Assembly: GCA_009914755.4 (NCBI GenBank)
Contig: CP068257.2
Span: forward strand, 2,816,001-2,880,000
Length of the DNA: 64,000 bases
Direction: 5' to 3'
Source of the DNA: the human T2T-CHM13v2.0 reference genome, Homo sapiens
Shown piece by piece: positions 42,390 to 53,452 of the stretch. Both the position numbers and the translations under genes were made by a program. Numbering within the stretch: position 1 is the stretch's first letter; the number at the start of each line of letters is the position of its first letter. A model generated the notes under the pieces. That model did not search any database. It saw only the letters and a program-made list of their open reading frames with translations, and was not told where the DNA came from.

Positions 42390-44270
42390 CTGAGGATCTT
42401 GAAGCTCTCGCTGGGGGAATCGGGGCTGGGGGCACACTGGGGAGCCGCTGCCAAGGCCATCCACCCTCCCTACAAGCCACCTCCCTTCCCGGCCAGTATG
42501 GAAAGGAGAAGGGTTATGTGAACAGCTGTGGAGGTCAGAATCTCGGGAACTGAATCAGGCCCCAGCCCATGCCCCCCAGCCCAGTCCAGCCAGCGTGCTT
42601 GCCAGTCTTCCCACACAGCCAGCCCAGCCCTCAGGATTGTTAGATGGAACAAGGCTCCATCATCACCCAGGCATGGATGGAAGATGCCCTGGTCCTTACC
42701 AAGCAAGGCCTGGTTTCCAAAGTCCTCTCCGAAGAGGCCTCATGTTTGTCACATCTTAAAAGTCCCCTTTCTGCTGTTCTTGCACCCAGCATGTTGGACA
42801 GTCAAGTTCCCCCGCTGAGCAATCCACACATAAGGAGGGAGTCAACACTATTGCTATGTCAGATCAGCTCCAGCGTCTCCAGTATCAGTTTTATCAGATC
42901 CCAGGAACCTGCCTGCTCCCAGAGGTGACAGAGAAAAATCAAGGAAGGATCTGTATGGTCACTGACCTAGATGAAAACCTTGTGCATAGCTCCTTTAAGC
43001 CAATCAGCAATGCTGACTGCCTAGTGCCTGTAGAGTTTGAGGGGACCATGCACCAGATCCATGTGCTCATGAGGCCTTATATGGATGAGTTCCTGACATG
43101 AATGGAGGAAATGTTTAAATGTGTTTTCGTCATTGCTCTCTTCTTCCCAGCCTGAACAAGTAGGCAGATCCTGTGATGGGTGAGCTGGACGGGTATGGGA
43201 TGGTCTGGGGCTGCCTGTCCCATGAGTCATGTTTGTTTCACCAGGGCTGCTATGTCAAGGACATCAGCCGTCTGGGTAGGGACCTGAGGAAAACTCATCC
43301 TGGACAACTCGCCTGCTTCTTACCTCTTCCACACAGAGAATGCAGTGCCTGTGCAGTCCTGGTTTGATAACATTCCAGACAGCAGCTGCTGCACCTGATA
43401 TCATTCTTTGAGGAGATGAGTGGAGGAGCAGAGGGCCTCTGCACTAGCCTTGGGCAGCAGTGGGCCCTTAACCTTCCCTGCTTCCCAGCAATGGCCATCA
43501 CAGTAGGGGATTTTCCCACACTGTGCCTCTATGATCAGCCTGAAAGAGCGAAGGCTGGAACACCTACCCACATGGGCCTGGAAAGAGTGAGAAGTGATTG
43601 AAAAGAGCTTTAGGACAGCTTAGATTCCCAGTGGGTGAATGCCAGACCAAGGATACCCAGAGCTACCTGCCATCAAGTTGTTGGGTTCCCAAGATGTGGG
43701 TGTGAGAGAAAGAAAGAGAGCATGTGTGTTTTGTGATGAACTGTGGCCCCAAGTATATAGTGTTTCAGTAGGGGAGAAGCTGAAGGACAAAGACTCTTCC
43801 CAAGCTAGCTTGTCTCCTCTCCTGTCACCCTATGAGCCCCTGAGATCTATAGGGATGAAGAGTATTGAAGGCTCCATTGCAAACCTGGTCTTTCTACAGT
43901 GCTACAAGGCCTATGCCAAAGAGAAAGGAAAGGTACGTCTTTGGGTGTTCCAGGCACACATCTTTCTGAAATATTTCTCCAGCCAGTTGTTGCAGACAAA
44001 AGACGACATTTCTGGGAAGATGGGGACTTATGTTCAGACGAGTACCCAAACTATCAGGTCTTCTGGTCCAAAGGCTATTTTTACTTACCTCTAGCCAAGT
44101 GCCTGGGATGGATCCTTCCTGCATCTCCCCAAGGCTCACCACTTAGCCATAGCCTCAAACCCGTGGGGAAGGAAGGTCTACCCGCCCTGCAAGAGGACAA
44201 ATAACTGATTTTTGTTCATTTGACTCTGTTTTAAAATTCTCTTTAAAAAAAAAAAAAAAAAAAAAAAGAA
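42390..44270 (+). pseudogene. CTDSP2: CTDSP2 (SCP2, CTD small phosphatase 2) processed pseudogene / retrocopy
   Basis: Intronless. It begins at 42644 with 'MEQGSIITQAWMEDALVLTKQGLVSK', versus CTDSP2 'MEHGSIITQARREDALVLTKQGLVSK'. A second frame reads '[19 protein letters not shown]', versus 'SSPKKPRGRNIFKALFCCF'. A third frame reads '[73 protein letters not shown]', the FCP1-homology catalytic core with DxDxT altered to DLDEN. Further on come '[24 protein letters not shown]', '[28 protein letters not shown]' and 'SLGQQWAL'. There are at least 2 frameshifts and several stops. The 3'UTR ends in an A24 tail at about 44245-44268. Confidence 0.85.
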
Positions 44271-44605
44271 AAAGAAAGCGTATCTGAAACTTAAAAAAAA
44301 AAACAAGGAAAAAAGATGAAAAAAATGACATACATAGGTGAAAAACACATAGATATATGTATAAGCAACAAACACGGCTAATTCACATATAAATTAAATA
44401 TCACATTGTCATAAAGTGTACCGAGTTAAAAAATTATCATTCAACTCATGATATCAAGCTTTAAAAGCAAAAATACAATTAACTGATCTGAGAAAACATA
44501 CCCCCCCAAGAAAAGAAACACAACAACACAGAATTGAACATAAGAAGAGAGATTAAATGCATAAAATCCTGAATACAACATAAATATACAATGAAAAATA
44601 AACCC

Positions 44606-44906
44606 TTTTTTTTTTTTTTTTTTTTTGAGACAGAGTCTCACCCTGTCGCCCAGGCTGTAGTGCAGTGGTGCCATCTCGGCTCACTGCAAGCTCCGCCCAC
44701 TGGGTTCACTCCATTCTCCTGCCTCAGCCTCTCGAGTAGCTGGGAATACAGGCACCCACCACTATGCCCGGCTAATTTTTTCTATATTTAGTAGAGACGG
44801 GGTTTCACCGTGGTAGCCAGGATGGTCTTGATCTCCTGACCTCGTGATCCACCCACCTTGGCCTCCCAAAGTGCTGGGATTACAGGCGTGAGCCACCATG
44901 CCGGGC
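44606..44906 (-). mobile_element. Alu (AluS/Y-like, reverse), T19 tail, TSD 'gaaaaataa(a)ccc'
   Basis: 'tttttttttttttttttttgagacagagtctcaccctgtcgcccaggctgtagtgcagtggtgccatctcggctcactgcaagctccgcc...gtgctgggattacaggcgtgagccaccatgccgggc'. Both flanks read 'gaaaaataaaccc' / 'gaaaaataaccc'. Confidence 0.95.
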
Positions 44907-46158
44907 TGAAAAATAACCCTTTAGATATCTACAGCTTTAAACTGTGTGCAGTCATGAAAAGCAGACATTGGAAGTCATTGGCATTTAATAAATTGCAGAA
45001 AAATTATACAGTAAATACATTACAATCATTAATAATAGGCTCTAATGAGAAGAATTTAATAAATAATCATTAAAAAGACAGCAGAATTTTATCTGTTCTC
45101 AATATGTTGCTGCTCTTCTTATCAAATACTATAATAAAACTATATGACTATAATATAGCTTTCAGGAGCTAAAAAAAGCCTTATATTTTCAAATAAAAGA
45201 ACAATATAAATTTTGCAAAATACAATGAGCATTACTGAAGTATAAAGTAAATATTTGGAATTAAAATATATGGTCATTTAGATACAGACTAAAAAAGAAT
45301 AGAAATCTTAATGATTCCTTTCTGCCTACAGTGAGCTTAAAATTACAACCAAAAATTTTAACAAATATGTAGCACCTACAAGAAATTTTATTAACAGCTT
45401 ACATAATGTGTAAATTTGAGCAATTTATTTTAGAACTTTTGAATCTGAAAATCACCTGCTTGACATTCATTTGAGAAAGTGAAACATAAAGGAGAGTAAC
45501 ATAAGCAAGACGACAGAATGTGAGGTTCTGCATCCACATCCCCCACGACATAATGCAGCTGCCACAGCAAACATAAGTGCATTCATGAAAGCCTTGGAAT
45601 CCAGTTCAGAGTTTGTGGCACCCAGCTGGAGGCAAAGACCAAGGAAGACATTTTCAGAGGGTGAGCACTTGACCAAGTGGCAAGCTTGCCAATCATGGTC
45701 CCGGCTTCAAAACAGAATACTGCCACATCTTACTGTAGACTTGGCTATAACTCATTTGACCTTGGTCCTGCCACTGCAACAATCTGTGAAAAACACAAGA
45801 GAATTCATACTCACCTGAGACTTAGGTGACAGGCCTGCAGAACTTGGTTCTCTCTATAGTCACTGAGTCAGGCAAAACACACCTTCTTTCCTTCTCCAGC
45901 CATGGTCTGGAAGAAATCTTCACATTGATATGATGAAATGCTAACTAACAATATGAAAAATACTAAAGTATAAATGTCACTAAAATGGTAAATACATACT
46001 GAATTTCAGAATACTCTAAATTGTTATCATCTTAAACTAGACTATTAAAATACAAGATGTTTTACCTAAGTCTCATGATAACCACTAGGAAAAAAAAACT
46101 GCAGTAAAGAAAAAGAGAAAGTAATTAAAGCATACACAAACAACAAAAATTACACATT

Positions 46159-46380
46159 GGATATGGTGTCTCCTGCTTATAATTCCAACACTTTGGGAGG
46201 CCAAGGTGGAAGAATGAAATCTCCTTGGGTGTTGTGGTACGTGTCTGTAGTCCAAGCTACTTGGGTGGCTAAGGTGGGAGGATTATTTGAGCCCAGGAGG
46301 TTGAAGCTACAGTGAGCTGTGATATGCCACTGCACTTCAGTCTGAGCAAGAAAGCATAACTTTGTCTCAACAAAAATGAA
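46159..46380 (+). mobile_element. Alu (old, internally deleted, forward)
   Basis: 'ggatatggtgtctcctgcttataattccaacactttgggaggccaaggtggaagaatg...gagcccaggaggttgaagctacagtgagctgtgatatgccactgcacttcagtctgagcaag'. Confidence 0.8.
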
Positions 46381-46439
46381 CAATACCACAGGAAAGACAG
46401 AACCAGAAAAAAAAGAAGCAAACTTAAAATGCACAGAAA

Positions 46440-47300
46440 ACTACAAATTTACAATAGTAACTCCTTACCTATCACTACCTTACAAATAAAAAGATTAAAG
46501 TATCTACTAAACAGATACTGCTGTACACTGAATGTCATCTCCAAAATTTAGGATAAAATTTAATAGCCAACATGTTAGAATTAAGAGGTGGAACCTTTAA
46601 AAATTAATTAAGCTCTAAGAACTCTGCCCTCATGAATGGATTAATGTTCTTATTATGGGAATGGGCTAATTTTAACAAGAATGGATCTGTTATATATTAA
46701 AAAAAAAAAGCTCTCTCTCCCTCACATCTTTGTCTATGTTATTATCCAGCAACTAGACCTTCAACATATACCAGTATCATGTTGTTTTGGCTTCCCAGCC
46801 TCCAGAATCATAAGTCAAATAAAATTCTATTCTTTATTAATTACCAGTGTGTGATATTCAGTTATAGCAGCCAAAAGAGACTAAAGCAGACAGAGTGGAT
46901 AAATTAATCTTTCAAACCTAGTAATATGCTGCTTACAAGAGACTCAATTATGAATTAAGAGCATAGGCTAAAAGTGAAAGGATAGAAAATGATATTCCAT
47001 GCAAACAATAACCAAAGGAGTGCAACGGTAATGCTTAAATTAGACAAAATAGACTTTCTAGCAATGTCTCTCACAAGCATGAAATGAGTTTACCATACAA
47101 TAATAATAGAGGTTAATTTCTCAAGAGAATATAGCTTTATATATTTATGCACCCAAAAGGGAGGCTTCTAAATATAAAAAGCAAATATTGCCAGAACTGT
47201 AGGGAGAAGTAGAAAGAAACCAAATAATAGAAAACTTTAATGAAATGTATAATAAAGGACATATAGTTAACAGCATTGTAAATTGGCAAGGGAAAGCTGG
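46440..47300 (+). mobile_element. old L1 (L1M-like) ORF2 5' (endonuclease) region
   Basis: '...gcataggctaaaagtgaaaggatagaaaatgatattccatgcaaacaataaccaaaggagtgcaacggtaatgcttaaattagacaaaatagactttctagcaa...ttatgcacccaa' parallels L1 ORF2 '...cataggctcaaaataaaaggatggaggaagatctaccaagcaaatggaaaacaaaaaaaggcaggggttgcaatcctagtctctgataaaacagactttaaacca...tttatgcacccaa'. Confidence 0.6.
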
Positions 47301-47859
47301 TCTCATGTGTTGCATTTGAGAATGCAGCAAAGAAAGTGGGAACTGATAATTTTACTGCAAGCCTGAGTTAGGATGAAAAACAGGGTGGTCGATTAGAGGT
47401 TCCACTTGCCATACATTAAAAAAACACAGGAGAAAACCAGTCCTCCTCTGGAGTGTTAAAATAATTAAAGATCAGAAAATTAGTCTAAAGTGGCTCTAGT
47501 GCCCTGTGTTCATAGGTAAAAAGCAAAAAACAAACAAAAAAAAATCTAAAACCTAACTCAAATATATTTCCTATAAAACACTATCTTAGCCTGAAGCAAA
47601 ATGCAGGTTTAACCCATGACAAACATGCAATTAACCTCTGAATATGTAACCAGGACATTTCCATCTGGATAGTTCAAATAAGGCTACCATATAACTGGAA
47701 CCAATTCTTGAATTTGGGTTGCTTTCTCATGCATCTTATAAAAGCCTTTCCTTTATGCCCCTCTGGTGGACCAGAAATCATGGCTGGGTGCTTTCCATTT
47801 CACCAATCACTCTTTGTTCAGATAAACTGATGAACCTTTTAACATAGACTCCCGTTAAT

Positions 47860-48480
47860 TTTTAACAAGAGAGACTGGGGACCCCACGGGCCGCAGCTCC
47901 TCCCACGCAAACATCCAGTCGCGGTTTTTCCCTGATGACCCACCAGGCCTCCCTGAACAATCTGGGAAATACTCATGGCTGTGGGCGCAGAGCAGGGCGC
48001 TGCCCAGGGACAGGACCGGATGGGCCGGACGGGACGTGGGGGCCCTCGCTGCTGGCCCAGCGGCCATCTTGCAGCCACAGGGGACTGAGGGCCAAGCTGC
48101 GGGAGACTCGGAGCTAACCGTGGGGAGGCCGGTCCTGCCGGTTTCACAGTCTGTTCTCCCCTCTCGGGATGGCGAACCCCGTATACTCACCATTTCCCAG
48201 CTTCCAGGATGTCCTGGCACCTTAACTATGCGTCCCCAAGGACCTACAGATCACAGGGCAACAGGGGCTGTGAGAGAGTAGCCCGGGGCTCCCAAGGTGC
48301 AGGAGGCGAAAGAGGAGACGGATCCCAAGCTCTTGTGCCAGCACCAGCGAGAGACACAGATCCCGCCAAATGCTGGAAGCCACGCCCTCCTTTCCTCTCC
48401 TCTGCCACCGCGCGCCTGATTGGGCGGTTCCCACATCAGTGTCAATGACTGGATAAAACTCCAGGACGCACCCACCCGAG
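47860..48480. promoter_or_regulatory. CpG island (about 600 bp) with promoter-like motifs. Possibly a minus-strand promoter and first exon
   Basis: By my count about 34 CpG dinucleotides lie in about 600 bp of G+C-rich sequence, versus near zero in the flanking L1/Alu DNA. On the minus strand, the reverse complement of 48416-48423 is CCAAT 'ccaatcag', next to a GC box at 48422-48427. Further downstream the minus strand reads '...ctgggaaatg|gtgagtatacgggg', a consensus 5' splice donor with GTGAGT at 48190-48185. On the plus strand there is a TATA-like 'tataaaag' at 47737-47744. Confidence 0.5.
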
Positions 48481-49137
48481 CCTGACTCCTGCCCTTACCC
48501 CCACTCCCCCTCAGCCTTAGTGCATTTTTGTTAGTTTGTTTTTCTTTAAGTTCTGGAATACATGTGCAGAAAGTGCAGGTTTGTTACATAGTTTTACATG
48601 TGCCATGGTGGTTTGCTGCACCTATCAACCTGCCATCTAGGGTTTAAGCCCCACATGCATTAGGTATTTGTCCTAATTTTCTCCCTCCCCTTGACCTCAA
48701 CCCCTTAACAGGCCCCAGTGTGTGATCTTTGGTTCCCGGTGTCCATGTGTTCTCATTTTTCAACTCCCACATATGAGTGAGAGCATATGGTGTTTGCTTT
48801 CCTGTTCCCGTGTTAGTTTGCTGAGGTTAATGGTTTCCAGCTTCATTCACGTCCCTGCAAAGGACATGAACTCATTCTTTTTATGGCTGCTTATTATTTC
48901 ATGGTGTAGATGTGCCACATTTTCTTTTTCCAATCTATCAATGATGAGCATTAGGGTTGGTTCCAAGTCTTTGCTATTGCAAACAGTGCTGCAATACACA
49001 TATGAGTGCATGTGTCTTTATGCTAGAATGATTTATATTCCTTTGGGTATATATCCAGTAATGAGATTGCTGGATCAAATGGTATTTCTGGTTCTAGATC
49101 CTTGAGGAATCACCACACTGTCTTCCATAATGGTTGA

Positions 49138-49757
<620 letters not shown>

Positions 49758-51171
49758 AAATATCTTCTTTTGAAAAGAGTCTGTTCATATTCTGTGCCCA
49801 CTTTTTGATGGTTTTTTGTGTGTGTGTGTGTGAATTTGTTTAAGTTCCTTGTAGATTCTGGATATTAGACCTCTGACACATGGATAGAGTGCAAAAATTT
49901 TCTTTCACTCTGTAGGTTGCCTGGTCACTCTGGTGATAGCTTCTTTTGCTGTGCAGAAGCTCGTTAGTTTAGTTAGATCTCATTTGTCAATTTTAGCTTT
50001 TGTTGAGATTGCTTTTTGTATTTTATTCATGAAGTCTTTGCTCATGCCTATGTCCTGAATGGTATTGCCTAGGTTTTCTTCTAGGGTTTTTATGGTTTGG
50101 TGTTTTACATTTAAGACTTTAATCCATCTTAAGATAATGTTTGTATAAGGTGTAAGGAAGGGGTACAGTTTCTGTTTTCTGAATGTGGCTAGCCAGTTCT
50201 TTCAGCACCATTTGGTAAGTAGGAAATCTTTCCCCATTGCTTGTTTTTGTCAGGTTTGTCGGAGATCAGATGGTTGTAGATGTGTGATGTTATTTCTGAG
50301 GCCTCTGTTCTGTTCCATTGGTCTATATATCTGTTTTGGTATGAGTACTGTGCTGTTTTGATTACTGTAGCCTTGTAGTATAGTTTGAAGTCTGGTAGCA
50401 GGATGCCTCAAGCTTTGTTGTTTTTGCTTAGGATTGTTTTGGGTTGACCGGCAAACAGGCTCGTATATTTGGGTTCACATGCCCAGAGTATCACAGCTAA
50501 TTAAGACGTGAGCTGAGACTTGAAATGCACATGCTCTTTCCCTTACCTGGGTCTGTTGTATAATGCATCTTAGCAGCTATGTAACAGTAGGAATTAGAAT
50601 ATTTAGACATGTTTTTAGCAACTTTTTAACCTGCATTTTGGTAACGCGGTAAAGACCTTCATCCCGTCCTTGAGCCCCTCTCTCACAACACTGCACCCCA
50701 CTGCTGACCACACTGTGGAGTGGCCATTAGGAATCAGGGGGGCAGCGGGGGCTGGAAATAAATAAGAAAGGATTATGTTGCCCAAATTTGCTCACCTTAG
50801 AAAGTCTCTTCAACCATTCTGTGTGAGGTGATTTTTCCAAGGTAATTGTGCCCTGACTGCGCTGGATGTCAGTGTGTCTTGTCTTTTTGAAAATCACTGG
50901 ATTACTCTCATGAACGGGGTATTTCTCTTTCTATTTGAAAACGGTCAACTGTCCTCTGCAGGTGTCCTGATTTGCTAGTTTAGACACTGAAGGTAGCGGT
51001 GAGAAAATATTTGGGCCACATCAGAATACCTATTCTCAGCTGGAGGATATATAGAAATTTCTTAATAATATCTAACCATTTTCTCAATAACCATTATATT
51101 TAACATTGATAGCTTGGAGGGCAGGGAAGGACACAGATGACACAATCTTCAAAGTTTAATTTATTTATAAG

Positions 51172-51262
51172 GTTTTTTTTTTGTTCTTGTTCAGTTTTGC
51201 TTAGTTTTTGGATACAAGGTCTTGCTCTGGTGCCCAGGCTGGAGGGCAGTGGCATAATGATA
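51172..51262 (-). mobile_element. Alu fragment (reverse)
   Basis: 'tttttttttgttcttgttcagttttgcttagtttttggatacaaggtcttgctctggtgcccaggctggagggcagtggcataatgat'. Confidence 0.6.
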
Positions 51263-51304
51263 ACTCATAATTTGGTTGTAACGGTTCTTTAAAATATATT
51301 TTTG

Positions 51305-51565
51305 CTGAGAGTGCTAGCTCACACCTGTAATGTAAACACTTTAGGTGGCCAAGGTGGGATTATCGCTTGATCCCAGGAGTTCAAGATGAGTCTGAGCAAC
51401 ATAAGTAGGCTCAGTCTCTAGAAAAAAATTAAAAAATTGTCTGGGTGTAGCTTTGCATGCCTGTAGTCCCAGCTACTTGAGAGGCTGATTTGAAAGCATC
51501 ACTGGAGCCTAAGAATTTGAAGATGCAGTGACCCATGATTCAGCCACTGCATTGACAGAGTGAGA
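51305..51565 (+). mobile_element. Alu (AluJ-like, forward) followed by (TG)n at 51567-51592
   Basis: 'gagagtgctagctcacacctgtaatgtaaacactttaggtggccaaggtgggattatcgcttgatcccaggagttcaagatgagtctgagcaacat...gcctgtagtcccagctacttgagaggctgatttgaaagcatcactggagcctaagaatttgaagatgcagtgacccatgattcagccactgcattgacagagtgagat', then 'gtgtgtgtgtgtctgtgtgtgtgt'. Confidence 0.85.
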
Positions 51566-53349
51566 TATGTGTGTGTGTGTCTGTGTGTGTGTATAAAGAA
51601 TTTGTATGTGAAAAAAATTCAAGCACAGGATAAAAGTGAAAGCCCATGGTGGGGGATGTGGAGAAGGGTCAGTGTGGCTCCAGCACCTCAGTGAGACTTG
51701 GTTTTCCATCTTGAAGAATTGCCCATCCACACTGAAACCATAGCCTAACATATGCCAGTTCTCACACTACACCTGCTGGGATACCAGTATGTAGCCTTTT
51801 GAAAAAAATAAAATCTTTCACCTAAGAGAAGGACAAGAGAAAACGAGGGTTTCACATCTAAAGCCTTCATTTTGTTTATGAATCAACAGCCACTTGTCAT
51901 TTGAATTGTCCAGAGGCGACTGACAGCACCAATACACTTAATGAATCAACCAGGAAAAATGGGCCTCTCAGGTGAGGAGGAGGCACAATGGTCACAAAAC
52001 CCAATCCGTTCTCAGCTTTGCATGGTGCTCGCATCTCAAGAAGTGGTGTTAGCCATGTGAACCGTGTTCACTGGACAAGGCCAGAGGAAAGAATATTTAG
52101 TACAACACAACTATGGGGCTGCAAATCAAACTGGTAGTGAGAGCATGCATGAGGCTTCAGTGGCCGAGACACTGGTGGCTACCCTTCGGTGTCACTTAAA
52201 CCTTTGAGGTGAAGGACATCTTTTTTCCCAACTGGCTCAGAGAAACCAATCAACATTAAAATTGAGATTTGTTTTTCTTTTCAAAATTTCTAAGACATAG
52301 AGGACTCTCTAACACTCCAAAAGAGATTCAGCTATACATGCAGCTGAGGACCTGCCTGCTCTGTAGAGGGATGGCAGAGCAGCGGCCACCAGCTTTAGTA
52401 GCTTTAAGCTCCTCTTCTCATAGGGACAGGTCACCCCCACACAACCCCCCTAACTTCATAGGCTCTGGCTGTCAGGTGCACCTGGGGGACTGTCTTCCTC
52501 CCATCTCATTAGCTCTCGAAGACAGTTCAGCTCAATCTAAAACCTACCTTAGGATGGTGAGTTGTAGGCTCTCCTCCATTCTCCCAGCGCAGTGTGACTT
52601 CTGGAGAGTGCTTCTCCATCCTCTTACCTCAGATGATGTGAAAAGAGCTGCTTCCCGGGTAGTTAGATGTTCAGTGACATAACAGGCCCAGCATGCGCAG
52701 GGCCTGGCCCCACAGCCTGGCACGTCTCCCCTACCTGGCCTTCACGCTGGACTTTTCTCTTCTGCCACAAATATCAGGTGATGATCACCTCTGCCACACT
52801 CTCATGAGCTTGGTAAGTAGCAGGGGTGTAAACCCCAACAGATTTCCTGTGACTCTACCCTCTTACCACACACTCAAGTGACATTATAAGCATACTTTTA
52901 CATTTGATCTTATTTATGCATAATTTTTTTATAACATTTCTGACAACAGCCCACACAACGAAATGAGTCTGGCTTACAGAACACACGGGCGAGGCTGGGG
53001 TAGCATGTTTCAATTACTTTATTCCAATGTGAAATGAAGACTGATGATTTAAAAACAAGACAAAGTTGTTTATCAGCTGTGGGGTGGCTACACTTGCTAG
53101 CTCATGCTCACTTCCTTTGAAACAAGGTATCTGGACAGACCATATTCATAAGTAGCTCTTCGCAAAACCCCAGACAGAAGCCCCAGTCAGACACAGCTCC
53201 CTCAGGCTCACAGGGCAGCAACCTCCTCCTCCATGTTAGGCTCTGACAGCAGGCAAGGGAAGAAGCACAGGCCACAGGGGACAGGGAGATGTCCCGGACT
53301 GTAGGAATCCCCAAATGCCCCAGAAGTATTCTCTGTAGAAAGGCACACG

Positions 53350-53452
53350 CAGGTCTCACTGTGTCAGTGCAGTGGCTGAATCATGGGTCACTGCAGCCTC
53401 AAACTCTTAGGCTCCAGTGATGCTTTCACCTCAGCCTCTCAAGTAGCTGTAT
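53350..53452 (-). mobile_element. Alu fragment (reverse)
   Basis: 'ggtctcactgtgtcagtgcagtggctgaatcatgggtcactgcagcctcaaactcttaggctccagtgatgctttcacctcagcctctcaagtagctg'. Confidence 0.7.

Noticed and set aside
39195-44270. L1-CTDSP2 template-switch chimeric retrogene
   Set aside because: Known chimeras have the cellular RNA at the 5' end and the L1 3' end at the 3' end, with no intervening poly(A). Here the order is reversed and the L1 A-tail is intact at the junction. Two sequential insertions is the simpler explanation, though it is unverified without TSDs.
47855-48281. 121-aa minus-strand ORF (47855-48220) and 81-aa plus-strand ORF (48036-48281) inside the CpG island as protein-coding first exons
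   Set aside because: They are Pro/Gly/Ala/Arg-rich low-complexity translations, which is the usual artefact of GC-rich DNA. There is no Kozak-quality start and no recognisable domain. The island is reported as regulatory, not as CDS.
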